Origin: Candidatus Lokiarchaeum ossiferum
GTDB taxonomy: Archaea; Asgardarchaeota; Lokiarchaeia; Sigyniarchaeales; Promethearchaeaceae
Direction of reading: 5' to 3'
Assembly (NCBI GenBank): GCA_025839675.1
Contig: CP104013.1
Coordinates: 330,001 to 362,000, forward strand
DNA length: 32,000 nt
Shown here piece by piece: positions 1-9,346 of this stretch. Made by a program: the position numbers and the translations under genes. Below the pieces are notes generated by a model, which saw only the letters and a program-made list of their open reading frames with translations, ran no database searches and was not told where the DNA came from. The first letter of the stretch is position 1. Each line of letters opens with the position of its first letter.

Positions 1-1
1 T

Positions 2-1354
2 GCTCAAAAGAATTGGTCATCAATTGACTGGTATCACAGAGTTGTTATCTTTAAAAACGCAGCATCTCTATTGGCAGGTCCTAAAAGGATAGAAAATATC
101 GCTGCCATAATGCTAAATCATTCAAAAACACCTTATGAAGCTGAAATTGATTTGGCAGAAATGATTGATTTTTTAAATTTTAATGCTAAGTATCTGGAAG
201 AAATTTATCAAATCCAGCCAAATCAATCTATTAATGAGCGAAATCGATTTGATTGGCGCCCTCTAGAAGGTTTTGTTCTTGCAATTCCCCCATTCAATTT
301 TTATTCTATTGGAGGTAATCTACCCACAGCACCTGCGATATCTGGAAATGTTGTATTGTGGAAACCTGCCAGAAGTGTAGTTTTTTCAAACTATAAAATT
401 ATGGAAGTTTTAATGGAAGCAGGATTACCGGCTGGAGTAATAAATTTTGTTCCCTTCAACAGTAATAATTCGAATATTATCTATAAAAATTCAAATCTCG
501 CAGGATTTCATTTTACTGGAAGTTATGAGACCCTTGTTACAATATATCAAACGATCTCCCAAAATTTGAAATATTATAAAAATATTCCTCGAATAGTTGG
601 AGAAACTGGTGGAAAGGATTTTATTTTCCTACATTCATCAGCAAATATTCAATCAGCAGCATTTAATATTGTTCGTAGTGGTTTTGAATATCAAGGTCAA
701 AAATGTTCCGCATGTTCAAGAGTTTATGTTCCACAAAGCCAATGGGTTAACCTAAAACAAAAACTTATGATAATTCTTAAAAATTTTTCATTTGGAGATA
801 TTGCGAATCTTAATTGTGCTGGAGGGGCTATTATTAATAAAAACGCTTATGAAAAAATTGTATCCTACTTAGATATTGCAAAAGAAAATCCAAAAACCTA
901 TGAGATTATTTATGGAGGTTCTTTTGATTCAAGTAAAGGTTGGTTCATATCCCCTTGCCTCGTCCAATCTAAAGATCCCAGAAGTAAGTTAATGGAAGAA
1001 GAAATTTTTGGACCTATTGTGACAATCTATGTCTATCGAGATGAAGAATTTGAGTCAACTCTTAAAATTGCAGATGAAACTTCCCCATATGCTCTTACTG
1101 GAGCAATATTTGCCCAAGATAGATATGCTATTGAAAAAGCTGAAAAAATTCTAAGATTTGCAGCGGGTAATTTCTACATTAATGATAAACCAACAGGTGC
1201 TATAGTAAGTAGGCAGCCATTCGGAGGTACTCGTTCATCCGGGACTAATGATAAAGCAGGATCAAAATTAAATCTTCTACGATGGCTTAGTCCTCGTACA
1301 ATAAAGGAAAACGCAGTAGCTGCAAATAATTGGAAACCTCCTTTTCTAGAATAA
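2..1354 (+). CDS. 1-pyrroline-5-carboxylate dehydrogenase (aldehyde dehydrogenase superfamily), 5'-partial
   Basis: The frame is open from base 2 (AQKNWSSIDWYHRVVIFKNAASLLAGPKR...), so the TTG at 71 is an ORF-caller artefact and the gene continues upstream of the window. ALDH motifs VGETGGKDF and the catalytic-Cys block FEYQGQKCSACSR are what I recognise as the P5CDH (ALDH4/RocA-type) signature. Confidence 0.85.
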   Translation, partial: AQKNWSSIDWYHRVVIFKNAASLLAGPKRIENIAAIMLNHSKTPYEAEIDLAEMIDFLNFNAKYLEEIYQIQPNQSINERNRFDWRPLEGFVLAIPPFNFYSIGGNLPTAPAISGNVVLWKPARSVVFSNYKIMEVLMEAGLPAGVINFVPFNSNNSNIIYKNSNLAGFHFTGSYETLVTIYQTISQNLKYYKNIPRIVGETGGKDFIFLHSSANIQSAAFNIVRSGFEYQGQKCSACSRVYVPQSQWVNLKQKLMIILKNFSFGDIANLNCAGGAIINKNAYEKIVSYLDIAKENPKTYEIIYGGSFDSSKGWFISPCLVQSKDPRSKLMEEEIFGPIVTIYVYRDEEFESTLKIADETSPYALTGAIFAQDRYAIEKAEKILRFAAGNFYINDKPTGAIVSRQPFGGTRSSGTNDKAGSKLNLLRWLSPRTIKENAVAANNWKPPFLE

Positions 1355-1381
1355 TGATATAATAGGGATAAAGATTGAAAA

Positions 1382-2950
1382 TTATAAATGATCTTTAGGT
1401 TGTTTCCAATCCGCAGAAGAACTGTATTTTTTTACTTCTCGTTGAGCTCTCTTGAGCGGTGCTAATGTACCAGGACCACCAACGCAACCGTAGGGACAAG
1501 CCATTCCTTCCACAAGTAGTGGTGAAGGATCGAGTTTCCCCTTTTCCAATTTTTTTAATAGAATCACACATTCTTTCAAAGTATCCGCAGCAATAAGTGG
1601 AATGTCGTGATCTTGTCCAATAATTGCTTTGGTTTGTTCTATAACTGCGTTTGCTACTCCACCTGCGACGGGAAAACCACGACCTAAAGCCGATGCATCA
1701 TGCAGTTCTTCCGTACCCACCATTTTTGTTACATCAATATTATTTGCTTGAAATAGAGCTGAGAGTTCTTCAAAAGTAATAACAAAATCCACAAATTCAG
1801 CGACTTTAGGAATAAAACATTCTTCCTTTTTGGCGATGCAAGGACCTATGAAGACTACTATTCCATTAGGATCTTCTTTCTTGATTTGTTTAGCAATTTC
1901 TACCATGGGTGCAAAAGATTCGGATATATTGAGAGCAAAAGTAGAAGGAAATTTTTTTTCTGCCATCATTGCCCAAGCGGTGCAGCAACTTGTCCCAACA
2001 AATGATCTACAATCATCTTTTTCATCAGAATTTTCGATACATTTCTCTCGTTTCTCGATTAATTCAATCAATTCTTCTGCTTCATTTACTACCACGACAT
2101 CTGCACCATAGGCCACTTCGCGCACATCTTTGAACCCTAGAGTTTTTAATGCTTCAATTAACATTGGGGGTTTAACCAATGGTCCGAATTGGCTTACAAA
2201 TGCTGGAGCAATCTCAGCATAGACAGAATTAGGTCCTTTTAAAGCAGACAAAACTTGTACTATCTCAGATTTTTCAGCAATAGCACCAAATGGACAGGAA
2301 ACAATGCACATTCCGCATGAGACACATTGATCGGAATCGATTTCTGCAAATCCATCATCATCTGAATGTATTGCATTGACTCCACAAGCAGCAGCACAAG
2401 GTCTTTCCCGATAAACAATTGCATTATAAGGACACACTTGAGCACATTTCCCACACCGAATACATTTTTCCTGATCAATAAATGATTTGCCCGATGGTAA
2501 AATAGATACACAATTTTTTGGACAGACTGTTGTGCATGGATGAGCGATGCATCCTCGACACAAATCTGTAACTAAATAGGAATGTTCTGGGCACCTTTCA
2601 CATCCAACTTTAATTACATTTACAATCGGTCGTTTGGCAACCTTTCGATCTGTTATCATATTGATGACATCATCATCATTGATTGGACCGTGAGCTCCAA
2701 ATTCTTTAAGATCCATACCAAAGGCAAGCCGAACTCTTTCACGTACAATGGCTCTTTCCTTGAACACCGATTCACGATAAGTGGGGGTGTCTGTATTTAT
2801 GATTTTATATGGAATATGTTCAATATAACTGGGGAGTTTGTCTTGCACTATCATTCGAGCCACAGCGGATAAAACTCGACGACGAATATCGGTGACCGGA
2901 GTATAAAGCCCCCGCATCTTCTCAAAAATATTCAAGGATGGTAATGGCAT
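1382..2950 (-). CDS. [FeFe]-hydrogenase-like protein (N-terminal ferredoxin-type Fe-S modules plus H-cluster domain)
   Basis: 522-aa ORF with an ATG start. Cys clusters CERCPEHSYLVTDLCRGCIAHPCTTVCP, CIRCGKCAQVCP and CVSCGMCIVSCP are followed by H-cluster-like motifs TSCCTAW, GPCIAKKEE and EGMACPYGCVGGPG (canonical forms TSCCPxW, MPCxxKxxE, ExMxCxxGCxxGG). Confidence 0.75.
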   Translation of the reverse strand: MPLPSLNIFEKMRGLYTPVTDIRRRVLSAVARMIVQDKLPSYIEHIPYKIINTDTPTYRESVFKERAIVRERVRLAFGMDLKEFGAHGPINDDDVINMITDRKVAKRPIVNVIKVGCERCPEHSYLVTDLCRGCIAHPCTTVCPKNCVSILPSGKSFIDQEKCIRCGKCAQVCPYNAIVYRERPCAAACGVNAIHSDDDGFAEIDSDQCVSCGMCIVSCPFGAIAEKSEIVQVLSALKGPNSVYAEIAPAFVSQFGPLVKPPMLIEALKTLGFKDVREVAYGADVVVVNEAEELIELIEKREKCIENSDEKDDCRSFVGTSCCTAWAMMAEKKFPSTFALNISESFAPMVEIAKQIKKEDPNGIVVFIGPCIAKKEECFIPKVAEFVDFVITFEELSALFQANNIDVTKMVGTEELHDASALGRGFPVAGGVANAVIEQTKAIIGQDHDIPLIAADTLKECVILLKKLEKGKLDPSPLLVEGMACPYGCVGGPGTLAPLKRAQREVKKYSSSADWKQPKDHL

Positions 2951-2993
2951 AAGCTATCGCATTTTTTTATTGTATTTAGTAGAAAAGATATAA

Positions 2994-3290
2994 TTAAGCT
3001 TTTAGATCTCTGATAATTTCCATTAACTTATCGGCTGTCATGGAACTATAAATTTCATTATTAATGACTACGGTTGGGGATAACACACCTTCATTGCCAC
3101 AAGAATTTTGGCATGGAACACTTTCAATTTTGCAGTGTTTCTGAATAAAAGAATCATTTTCTGCCAAGTCGAGCAGCTCTTGTCCACCATGGGTCAAACA
3201 GTTCATTCCGCAACATATTTTTAAATTAATCTTTTCCATTAGTTTCTTCCCCATTTTATTTAGAACATATTTGAATTTGAATTTATTCAC
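2994..3290 (-). CDS. small thioredoxin-like [2Fe-2S] ferredoxin (NuoE/HydC-type Cys spacing), start uncertain
   Basis: CCGMNC (Cx4C) and CQNSC (Cx3C) spacing on a roughly 80-98 aa alpha/beta protein, immediately upstream of and co-oriented with the hydrogenase-like gene (43-nt gap). Internal ATGs at 3254 or 3239 (MEKINLKICCG...) would leave a more realistic divergent promoter region. Confidence 0.55.
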   Translation of the reverse strand: MNKFKFKYVLNKMGKKLMEKINLKICCGMNCLTHGGQELLDLAENDSFIQKHCKIESVPCQNSCGNEGVLSPTVVINNEIYSSMTADKLMEIIRDLKA

Positions 3291-3350
3291 CCTAGGATAT
3301 TAATGCGTCACTATTATTACCCCTAAGTGATATTATTGAAAAGAGAAGTA

Positions 3351-4847
3351 ATGAAAGAATATGATTTAATAGTTGTTGGTAGTGGAGTTGGATTAACTGT
3401 TTTAAGCTCAGGATTACAACGTGGGTTGTCTTGTGCACTAATTGAAGATGCTAAAATGGGTGGTACGTGTTTAACGCGAGGATGCATCCCGAGCAAAGTT
3501 TTAGTTTATCCTGCAGATGTTATTCGCGAAGCAGATCATGCAAAAAAGATCGGTCTTAGTATAAATTTCAAGCATTTTGATTGGCAATTAATTAGTGAAC
3601 GAATGTGGAGCCAAATTGATGAAAGTGAAGGGATAGAACAAAGTTTGAGTCAAGCTCCGAATTTAAAAATATTTCGGGGTGTTGGTGAATTTACAGGAAA
3701 ATATTCGCTGAAAGTAAAATTGAATGAGACTGGAGAATACTCCGAAGAATTCAAAGGAAAACAGATTATTTTAGCATCAGGAGGAAGATCTTTTATACCT
3801 CCGATTGAAGGATTAAAGCAAGTTGATTTTGTTACAAGTGAATCCTTTTTTGGAGATAAATTTCCAGAACGACCCTGGAAAAGTCTAACGATAATTGGCG
3901 GTGGGGTGATTGCTGCCGAATTTGCTCATATTTTTTCAGCATTTGGAACGAATGTAACAATTGTTGAAATGTTACCTCGATTAGTTCCTACGGAAGAACC
4001 AGAAGTGTCGAAAATTTTGGAACAAAGTTTTTCAAAACATCTCTCCGTTTTCACAAATCATAAAGCAATTCGTGTAAAACAAAATGGGAATTTGAAAGAA
4101 TTATTCATTCAAAATCTCGAAACGAACGAAATTAAAACGATTCAAAGCGAAACGCTGCTAATTGCAACAGGAAGGCGTTCTAATGCGGATGTATTGAGGG
4201 TGGAAAATGCCAATATTGAAACGACGAAAACAAATTGGATTAAGACAGACAAATTCTTACAAACGAATATTCGAAACATCTGGGCAATAGGAGATGCAAC
4301 GGGTAAATATCAATTTCGACATAAAGCAAATTACGATGCGGAAATTGTTGTTAGAAATATTTTTGGGAAAAAGGAAAAGACGATGGTGGATTACTCTGCG
4401 GTACCTTGGGCAATTTTTACTTATCCACAGATTGCTCATGTTGGGTTAACAGAAAAGGAAGCAATTGATCAAGGTAATCAAATCTATACGGCAGTTAAAA
4501 CTTATTCTTCTGTAGCAAAAGGATTTGCAATGGGATTAGAGGATACTGATGGACTATTTAAATTAATTGTAGATTCAGACTATCATATACTCGGAGCTCA
4601 TGCTATTGGACCTCATGCAGCAACATTGATTCAACCAATTGTGTATTTGATGAATGCGGGTTTTTCATGCGGAAATCAAGAATTTAAGATAGCAAACAAT
4701 CTTCGAAAATTCACTAATGCTTGTCCGGAAGCGGGTTCATTTATGCCAATATATAAATCTATGGTTATCCATCCGTCTCTAAATGAAGTAGTTGGGTGGG
4801 CTTTAGGAAATTTACAACCAGTCAATATTGAGCATTCTCATCACTAA
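3351..4847 (+). CDS. class I FAD/NAD(P) pyridine nucleotide-disulfide oxidoreductase (dihydrolipoyl dehydrogenase / glutathione- or mycothione-reductase-like)
   Basis: N-terminal YDLIVVGSGVG Rossmann motif, redox disulfide GGTCLTRGCIPSK, second dinucleotide fold LTIIGGGVIAAEFA, GDATG motif and a C-terminal HPSLNEV His-Glu dyad. I prefer the ATG at 3351 (MKEYDLIVVGSG) over the GTG at 3327. Confidence 0.85.
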   Translation: MKEYDLIVVGSGVGLTVLSSGLQRGLSCALIEDAKMGGTCLTRGCIPSKVLVYPADVIREADHAKKIGLSINFKHFDWQLISERMWSQIDESEGIEQSLSQAPNLKIFRGVGEFTGKYSLKVKLNETGEYSEEFKGKQIILASGGRSFIPPIEGLKQVDFVTSESFFGDKFPERPWKSLTIIGGGVIAAEFAHIFSAFGTNVTIVEMLPRLVPTEEPEVSKILEQSFSKHLSVFTNHKAIRVKQNGNLKELFIQNLETNEIKTIQSETLLIATGRRSNADVLRVENANIETTKTNWIKTDKFLQTNIRNIWAIGDATGKYQFRHKANYDAEIVVRNIFGKKEKTMVDYSAVPWAIFTYPQIAHVGLTEKEAIDQGNQIYTAVKTYSSVAKGFAMGLEDTDGLFKLIVDSDYHILGAHAIGPHAATLIQPIVYLMNAGFSCGNQEFKIANNLRKFTNACPEAGSFMPIYKSMVIHPSLNEVVGWALGNLQPVNIEHSHH

Positions 4848-5024
4848 TTTTTTCTTATTATTTTTCTTTTAGGTTCTTAACACCTTCTCTCGTATGATCA
4901 ATGATTAAATTTTTGCTTTTAGTGAATTGCTTCAAAAAACAACATATGTAAATTTTGAAAACAAACTTTATATATAACATACACACTAAAATATGTACTG
5001 TACACATTTTATAGTCATATATGG

Positions 5025-6389
5025 ATGTTGATTAATATGTCAAATTTGGATAAAAACCCACCAACTTTAAAAACCTATCACCAATATCTAATCATTTGGA
5101 TTGGCCAATTGATTTCGCTTATTGGATCAAATATTGTTCAATTTGTTATGATTTGGTGGATAACCATAGAGACGCAAAGCGCTGTATATCTGTCTCTCGC
5201 CACATTCTTTGGATACATCCCCAGTGTAATTTTAAGTCCTTTTACTGGAGTATTAGCCGATAAGGTAGATCGACAAAAATTAATAATTCTTGCGGATTTC
5301 TTGCAAGCTTTTGTGACTTTATTATTAATATGTTCGTTCTATTTCAATATGATGCAGATTTGGATTTATTTCCTTATTATTTCACTTCGTTCCATATTTC
5401 AAACTCTTCAAGGTCCGGCAAAATATGCAATAGTCTCTCAAATGGTTCCAAAAGAAAAACTGGCTCGATTGAATGGATTAGATTATTTCTTCTCAAATAT
5501 TATGAGTTTAATTGGGGCACCAATTGCAGCTTTATTACTCAATTTCTTTGATATTTTCCAGTTGCTATTCGTTGATATTTTTACATTCCTCATTGCCATA
5601 ATTCCATTCTTTTTCATACGAATTCCTAAATTAGCACATATTGGAGATAAAGTCCAATTACCCTCAATGGGTGAGTACAAGGAAGGAATAAAAGAAGGGT
5701 TTCAATTTCTACGAAGAAATGTTGGTTTTTTCAGTTTAATTTTGACGGCATCATTCGTCAACTTCTTCATCATGCCTTTTACTTCTTTGCTTGCCTATTA
5801 TATCAATGTAGATAATGGAGGAACTGAACAGCATTTAGCTTTAGTGATGATGGCTCAGCAAGCAGGATTAATATTTGGGGGGTTAATTACTACCATAAAA
5901 CCAAAGCGGAAGAATCCTATGAAATTCATGCAGTTTATTTTAACTATTCAATTTATTGGATTTGCAATTATTGGACTCGCACCTCTAGGATCCTATTGGA
6001 TAATGAGTCTTGGTATGTTTGTTTCAGGAATGACTTTTCCCTTTACTAATACGATTATCTCAACAATATTCCAAAAAAATGTACCAAATGAAGTCCAAGG
6101 ACGCATTAGCACAGTTTTAGGTGCATTATCAATGTTAATAAGTCCCATTGGGATGATAATTTCAGGACCTTTAGCCAATTTAATGAGTACTAAGCTATTA
6201 TTCATTGTATCGAGCCTTATACCAATATTAGCCATTCAGTTTATCTGGAAATTTACACCTATTATGGACGCAGAAAAAATAGTTCAGGATAACAAATCAT
6301 TAGAAGTGCTCAAAAATCCTGAAATTATGACTGAAGTCGTACCAGTTAATATAAAAGAACCAAGGGAAGAACAGGAATCACTTTCTTGA
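5025..6389 (+). CDS. MFS transporter (about 12 TM)
   Basis: 454 aa, hydrophobic throughout, with the MFS loop motif GVLADKVDRQK between TM2 and TM3. Alternative start at 5037 (MSNLDK). TATA-like CTTTATATATAAC lies about 50 nt upstream. Confidence 0.8.
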   Translation: MLINMSNLDKNPPTLKTYHQYLIIWIGQLISLIGSNIVQFVMIWWITIETQSAVYLSLATFFGYIPSVILSPFTGVLADKVDRQKLIILADFLQAFVTLLLICSFYFNMMQIWIYFLIISLRSIFQTLQGPAKYAIVSQMVPKEKLARLNGLDYFFSNIMSLIGAPIAALLLNFFDIFQLLFVDIFTFLIAIIPFFFIRIPKLAHIGDKVQLPSMGEYKEGIKEGFQFLRRNVGFFSLILTASFVNFFIMPFTSLLAYYINVDNGGTEQHLALVMMAQQAGLIFGGLITTIKPKRKNPMKFMQFILTIQFIGFAIIGLAPLGSYWIMSLGMFVSGMTFPFTNTIISTIFQKNVPNEVQGRISTVLGALSMLISPIGMIISGPLANLMSTKLLFIVSSLIPILAIQFIWKFTPIMDAEKIVQDNKSLEVLKNPEIMTEVVPVNIKEPREEQESLS

Positions 6390-6510
6390 TACCATCTAAT
6401 ATTTAAATTAGTAGAATTTTTTCTTTAATTCCATTTTGGAAAGAATTGAGCTATAATAGAATAATTCCGAGTCCTATAATTATATTAGTATAAAATATGT
6501 ATGAAAGTAT

Positions 6511-6518
6511 AAAAAAAA
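6511..6518 (-). terminator. oligo-T tract (T8 on the minus strand) downstream of the paralog pair
   Basis: A8 on the plus strand, about 29 nt after the stop of the 6547-7836 gene. Oligo-T tracts are the established archaeal termination signal. Confidence 0.3.
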
Positions 6519-6546
6519 GAAGCAATAAAAGTAGTTAGAATCATAA

Positions 6547-7836
6547 TTAAACCAGAAGAATTTTATGAACCGCTTCAACCCACTCCGATTCATCAATATT
6601 GCCTAAATTGCCTGTTTTTATAAATCCTTCAATCTCTGTTTGATATCGTTCTTCTAAGTAATTATTTAAGTAATTTAGCCGTTCCCTAAACGAGTCGTCA
6701 ACAGAATCACTTGTTATTGCAAATATTTTTGCATATTTTCCAACTGCAGCATTAATTTTAAAATTTTGATAATCTACTTCATTTAACATCCCCTTTCCTC
6801 CACTAATTTCTTCTATAAAAGAATCCATCGCAGATAGGAAACCTGAAATCATCAATTCGTTTAATGGCATACCCAATTTTGTTGCGTGAGAAAACATAGA
6901 TAACCCTGAATCATTGGATATTATAAGCAAATTTTTAAAAATATCTTGATATTTCAGATTCTTTTTTGAAGCTTCCATCAAATTGTGAGAGTTTTCTGGA
7001 ATATAGAATAACTGAACATCTTTGGGTCGATAGCTTTGCTTTTCAGAAAATGCATATTTAGAGATTTTTACTACTTGGGATGCTGCACGAATCGGAGTAG
7101 AAGGTAATTTACTAATGTAAGCATTTCTAAGTTCTTCAACTTCACGCTTTGATTTTCCTCCTTTCAATATCCCAAAAATTTGCTCTTGAACAGGATCAAC
7201 CACATATAACCAACAATTCAATTTTTTCATATCTACTAACAGTCTTTCATATCCTATTTTTAAAACTCCGACTGGTGTAGTCACAAAAATTTTCCAATCT
7301 GAGATTTCACCAGCTCTCTCAATATTTAAAAATGTTTCACGATATTTTTCTTGAATATCGTTTCCAGTTAGAATAAATACAGATTCAGTTTTTAAACGCG
7401 GATCTTTTTTAGTTAAATATAGATCAATATTGTATTCTTCATCTTTTTTGTTTTGAAATACGTTAATTTTTAAGTCGGCACAATAATCGGCAAAAATGTT
7501 GATTAAATCAGATTTTGCAATAAAATCAAACATCGCTAAATTACATTGCATCACTTGGGATGTGCAAATGTCTTTCCCGATAAGTTCAACTTTATTTAAT
7601 TTTTCTTTTTTTAACCGTTTTTCAATTATTTCACTCGAGAGATAATAATCCAAAATAATTGTAAGGATTGTATCCTTCTCAAAATGATCTTCAGGATTTA
7701 TTAAAGCTTGGATCAAAGCAAACTTGTGTAAATCTTCAACGGAACTGTGCTCAAATAAACATTCCAAGCATATTAATCCAAATTTTACTGGATTACTTTT
7801 TGATAAAAGTGCAAATTTTTCACGATTTGTTGTCAT
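6547..7836 (-). CDS. hypothetical protein, paralog B of a tandem pair (possible degenerate Mrr/PD-(D/E)xK-like core plus C-terminal longin/roadblock-like domain)
   Basis: 429-aa ORF that shares long conserved blocks with the upstream gene: INIFADYCADLKINVF, SDWKIFVTTPVGVLKIGYERLLVDMKKLNCWLYVVDPVQEQIFG, LPSTPIRAASQVVKISKYAF, GFLSAMDSFIEEISGG. Confidence 0.75.
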   Translation of the reverse strand: MTTNREKFALLSKSNPVKFGLICLECLFEHSSVEDLHKFALIQALINPEDHFEKDTILTIILDYYLSSEIIEKRLKKEKLNKVELIGKDICTSQVMQCNLAMFDFIAKSDLINIFADYCADLKINVFQNKKDEEYNIDLYLTKKDPRLKTESVFILTGNDIQEKYRETFLNIERAGEISDWKIFVTTPVGVLKIGYERLLVDMKKLNCWLYVVDPVQEQIFGILKGGKSKREVEELRNAYISKLPSTPIRAASQVVKISKYAFSEKQSYRPKDVQLFYIPENSHNLMEASKKNLKYQDIFKNLLIISNDSGLSMFSHATKLGMPLNELMISGFLSAMDSFIEEISGGKGMLNEVDYQNFKINAAVGKYAKIFAITSDSVDDSFRERLNYLNNYLEERYQTEIEGFIKTGNLGNIDESEWVEAVHKILLV

Positions 7837-7860
7837 TATTTAGTTCACTTCGCAAACTTT

Positions 7861-9162
7861 TCAAATTGATAAAGTTGATTTAATTAAAGGGACTATGAGA
7901 TGATCTATTGATGCAATTGATTGACCAGTTTCATAGAATAAGTCCAATTCTTCATTAAGTTTTTGCTCAAATAATTTTGTAAACACGGCTAAGCGTTCTT
8001 TAAAAATTTGACCACCACTTTTGGATAATATCGAAATAACTTTAATTTTTTTTCCTAGAATGGCATTTATTGTAAAACCTTGATAATTTATTTCTTCTAA
8101 TTTAGTAGAACCCGAAACAGAAGATACAAAAGAATCAAATGCAGAAAGAAAACCACCCACCATTTGTTCATCAACATCTTTCTGTTTGTATGAATAAATT
8201 GTCAGACCTGATTTTTTATCCAGAATAATTAGCGAACGAAATATATCAATAAACATTGGTTTTATTAATTTGGAGTGTTCCATCATTTTGGATACCGCTT
8301 GGTCTGAAAAGAAGAATTTACGGTAAATTTTATGCTTATATGCATATTTCTCTTCAAAAGCATATTTTGAAATTTTAACCACTTGTGAGGCGGTCCTTAA
8401 TGGTGTGGAGGGGAGATTAGTGATATATTCATCACGAAGATTTGAGTCTTCATTTTTTGATGTTTTTCCTTTTTCCACTCCAAATACACGTTTTTGAACA
8501 GGATCAACTATATACAACCATGTGTGTAATCGCTTCATATCAGCAAGTAATTTATCCATTCCAATGATTAAAGCCCCAATTGGAGTAGTTACAAACAGCT
8601 TCCATTCTGAAATTAAGGTAGATCTGGCAAGAGAAGACAAGATTTTTTCATAATCTTCCACCTTTAATTCAAATCCGGTCCGAACTATTACTGATTCGGT
8701 GGTTACGAATACTCCTTTTGTTTTTTTAATAAGATATGCGTCAAGATTGTAAATTTCATCGTTTAAAACACGATACACATTGATACCAAGATCTGCACAA
8801 TAATCGGCAAAAACATTGATGAGTTCTGTTTTGCTCACAAAATCGAATAGAAATTCATTTGATGTAACTGGGAGCAACTTTAGGAGATCGTCTCCAAGAT
8901 AATGGATAGAATCGAGATAAGAAGATTGAATCGCTTTTTCAGATTGATATTGGTTGTAATAAAAATGAAGAATTTTGTAGATAATTTTCTGTTTTTCTTT
9001 TATCTCATCGGTAGCAAGAATTATTCCTTTCTTCTGGCATAATTGTAAAAGATCCTCGATCCGGGATCTAAATAGTATTTCATCTACGGAAATATAATGA
9101 TATCTAAATGAATTCTTAGCGCTCATCTTATTTACAATATCTAGGAGCTGTGCTTCTTCCAT
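7861..9162 (-). CDS. hypothetical protein, paralog A of a tandem pair (same architecture as 6547-7836)
   Basis: 433-aa ORF, 24 nt upstream of paralog B on the same strand. Conserved blocks: INVFADYCADLGINVY, SEWKLFVTTPIGALIIGMDKLLADMKRLHTWLYIVDPVQKRVFG, LPSTPLRTASQVVKISKYAF, GFLSAFDSFVSSVSGS. A TATA-like TTTTTATAAG (minus strand, about 9181-9192) lies 20-30 nt upstream of the ATG. Confidence 0.75.
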   Translation of the reverse strand: MEEAQLLDIVNKMSAKNSFRYHYISVDEILFRSRIEDLLQLCQKKGIILATDEIKEKQKIIYKILHFYYNQYQSEKAIQSSYLDSIHYLGDDLLKLLPVTSNEFLFDFVSKTELINVFADYCADLGINVYRVLNDEIYNLDAYLIKKTKGVFVTTESVIVRTGFELKVEDYEKILSSLARSTLISEWKLFVTTPIGALIIGMDKLLADMKRLHTWLYIVDPVQKRVFGVEKGKTSKNEDSNLRDEYITNLPSTPLRTASQVVKISKYAFEEKYAYKHKIYRKFFFSDQAVSKMMEHSKLIKPMFIDIFRSLIILDKKSGLTIYSYKQKDVDEQMVGGFLSAFDSFVSSVSGSTKLEEINYQGFTINAILGKKIKVISILSKSGGQIFKERLAVFTKLFEQKLNEELDLFYETGQSIASIDHLIVPLIKSTLSI

Positions 9163-9346
9163 TAATCACTATTAAACGTTTTCTTATAAAAACACTTATT
9201 TAATGATTTATCTTTTTTTAACGAAAAATACTTTTAGATTAAAATGTCTCCATTTTATGACCATTTGAATAATTGAAAAGGAAAGAGTTGTATAATTAAT
9301 ATAATTTATTTAAAAGGAGAAGCAACAAACTAGAAACGTGGTAAAA

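Noticed and set aside
1830-2872. Three ORF-track entries (1830-2111 +, 2260-2511 -, 2582-2872 +) nested within the hydrogenase-like gene
   Set aside because: They are antisense or off-frame shadows of a well-supported 522-aa CDS. Their translations are low-complexity with no motifs. The same reasoning applies to 4257-4439, 5330-5551, 5483-5680, 5993-6235, 7668-7883, 10589-10783, 11508-11948, 12729-12938, 13155-13343, 13318-13521, 14091-14306, 14890-15171, 16104-16298, 16764-17111, 17980-18219, 20236-20433, 25049-25330, 27407-27589, 27958-28146, 28283-28483, 30751-30948 and 31024-31206.
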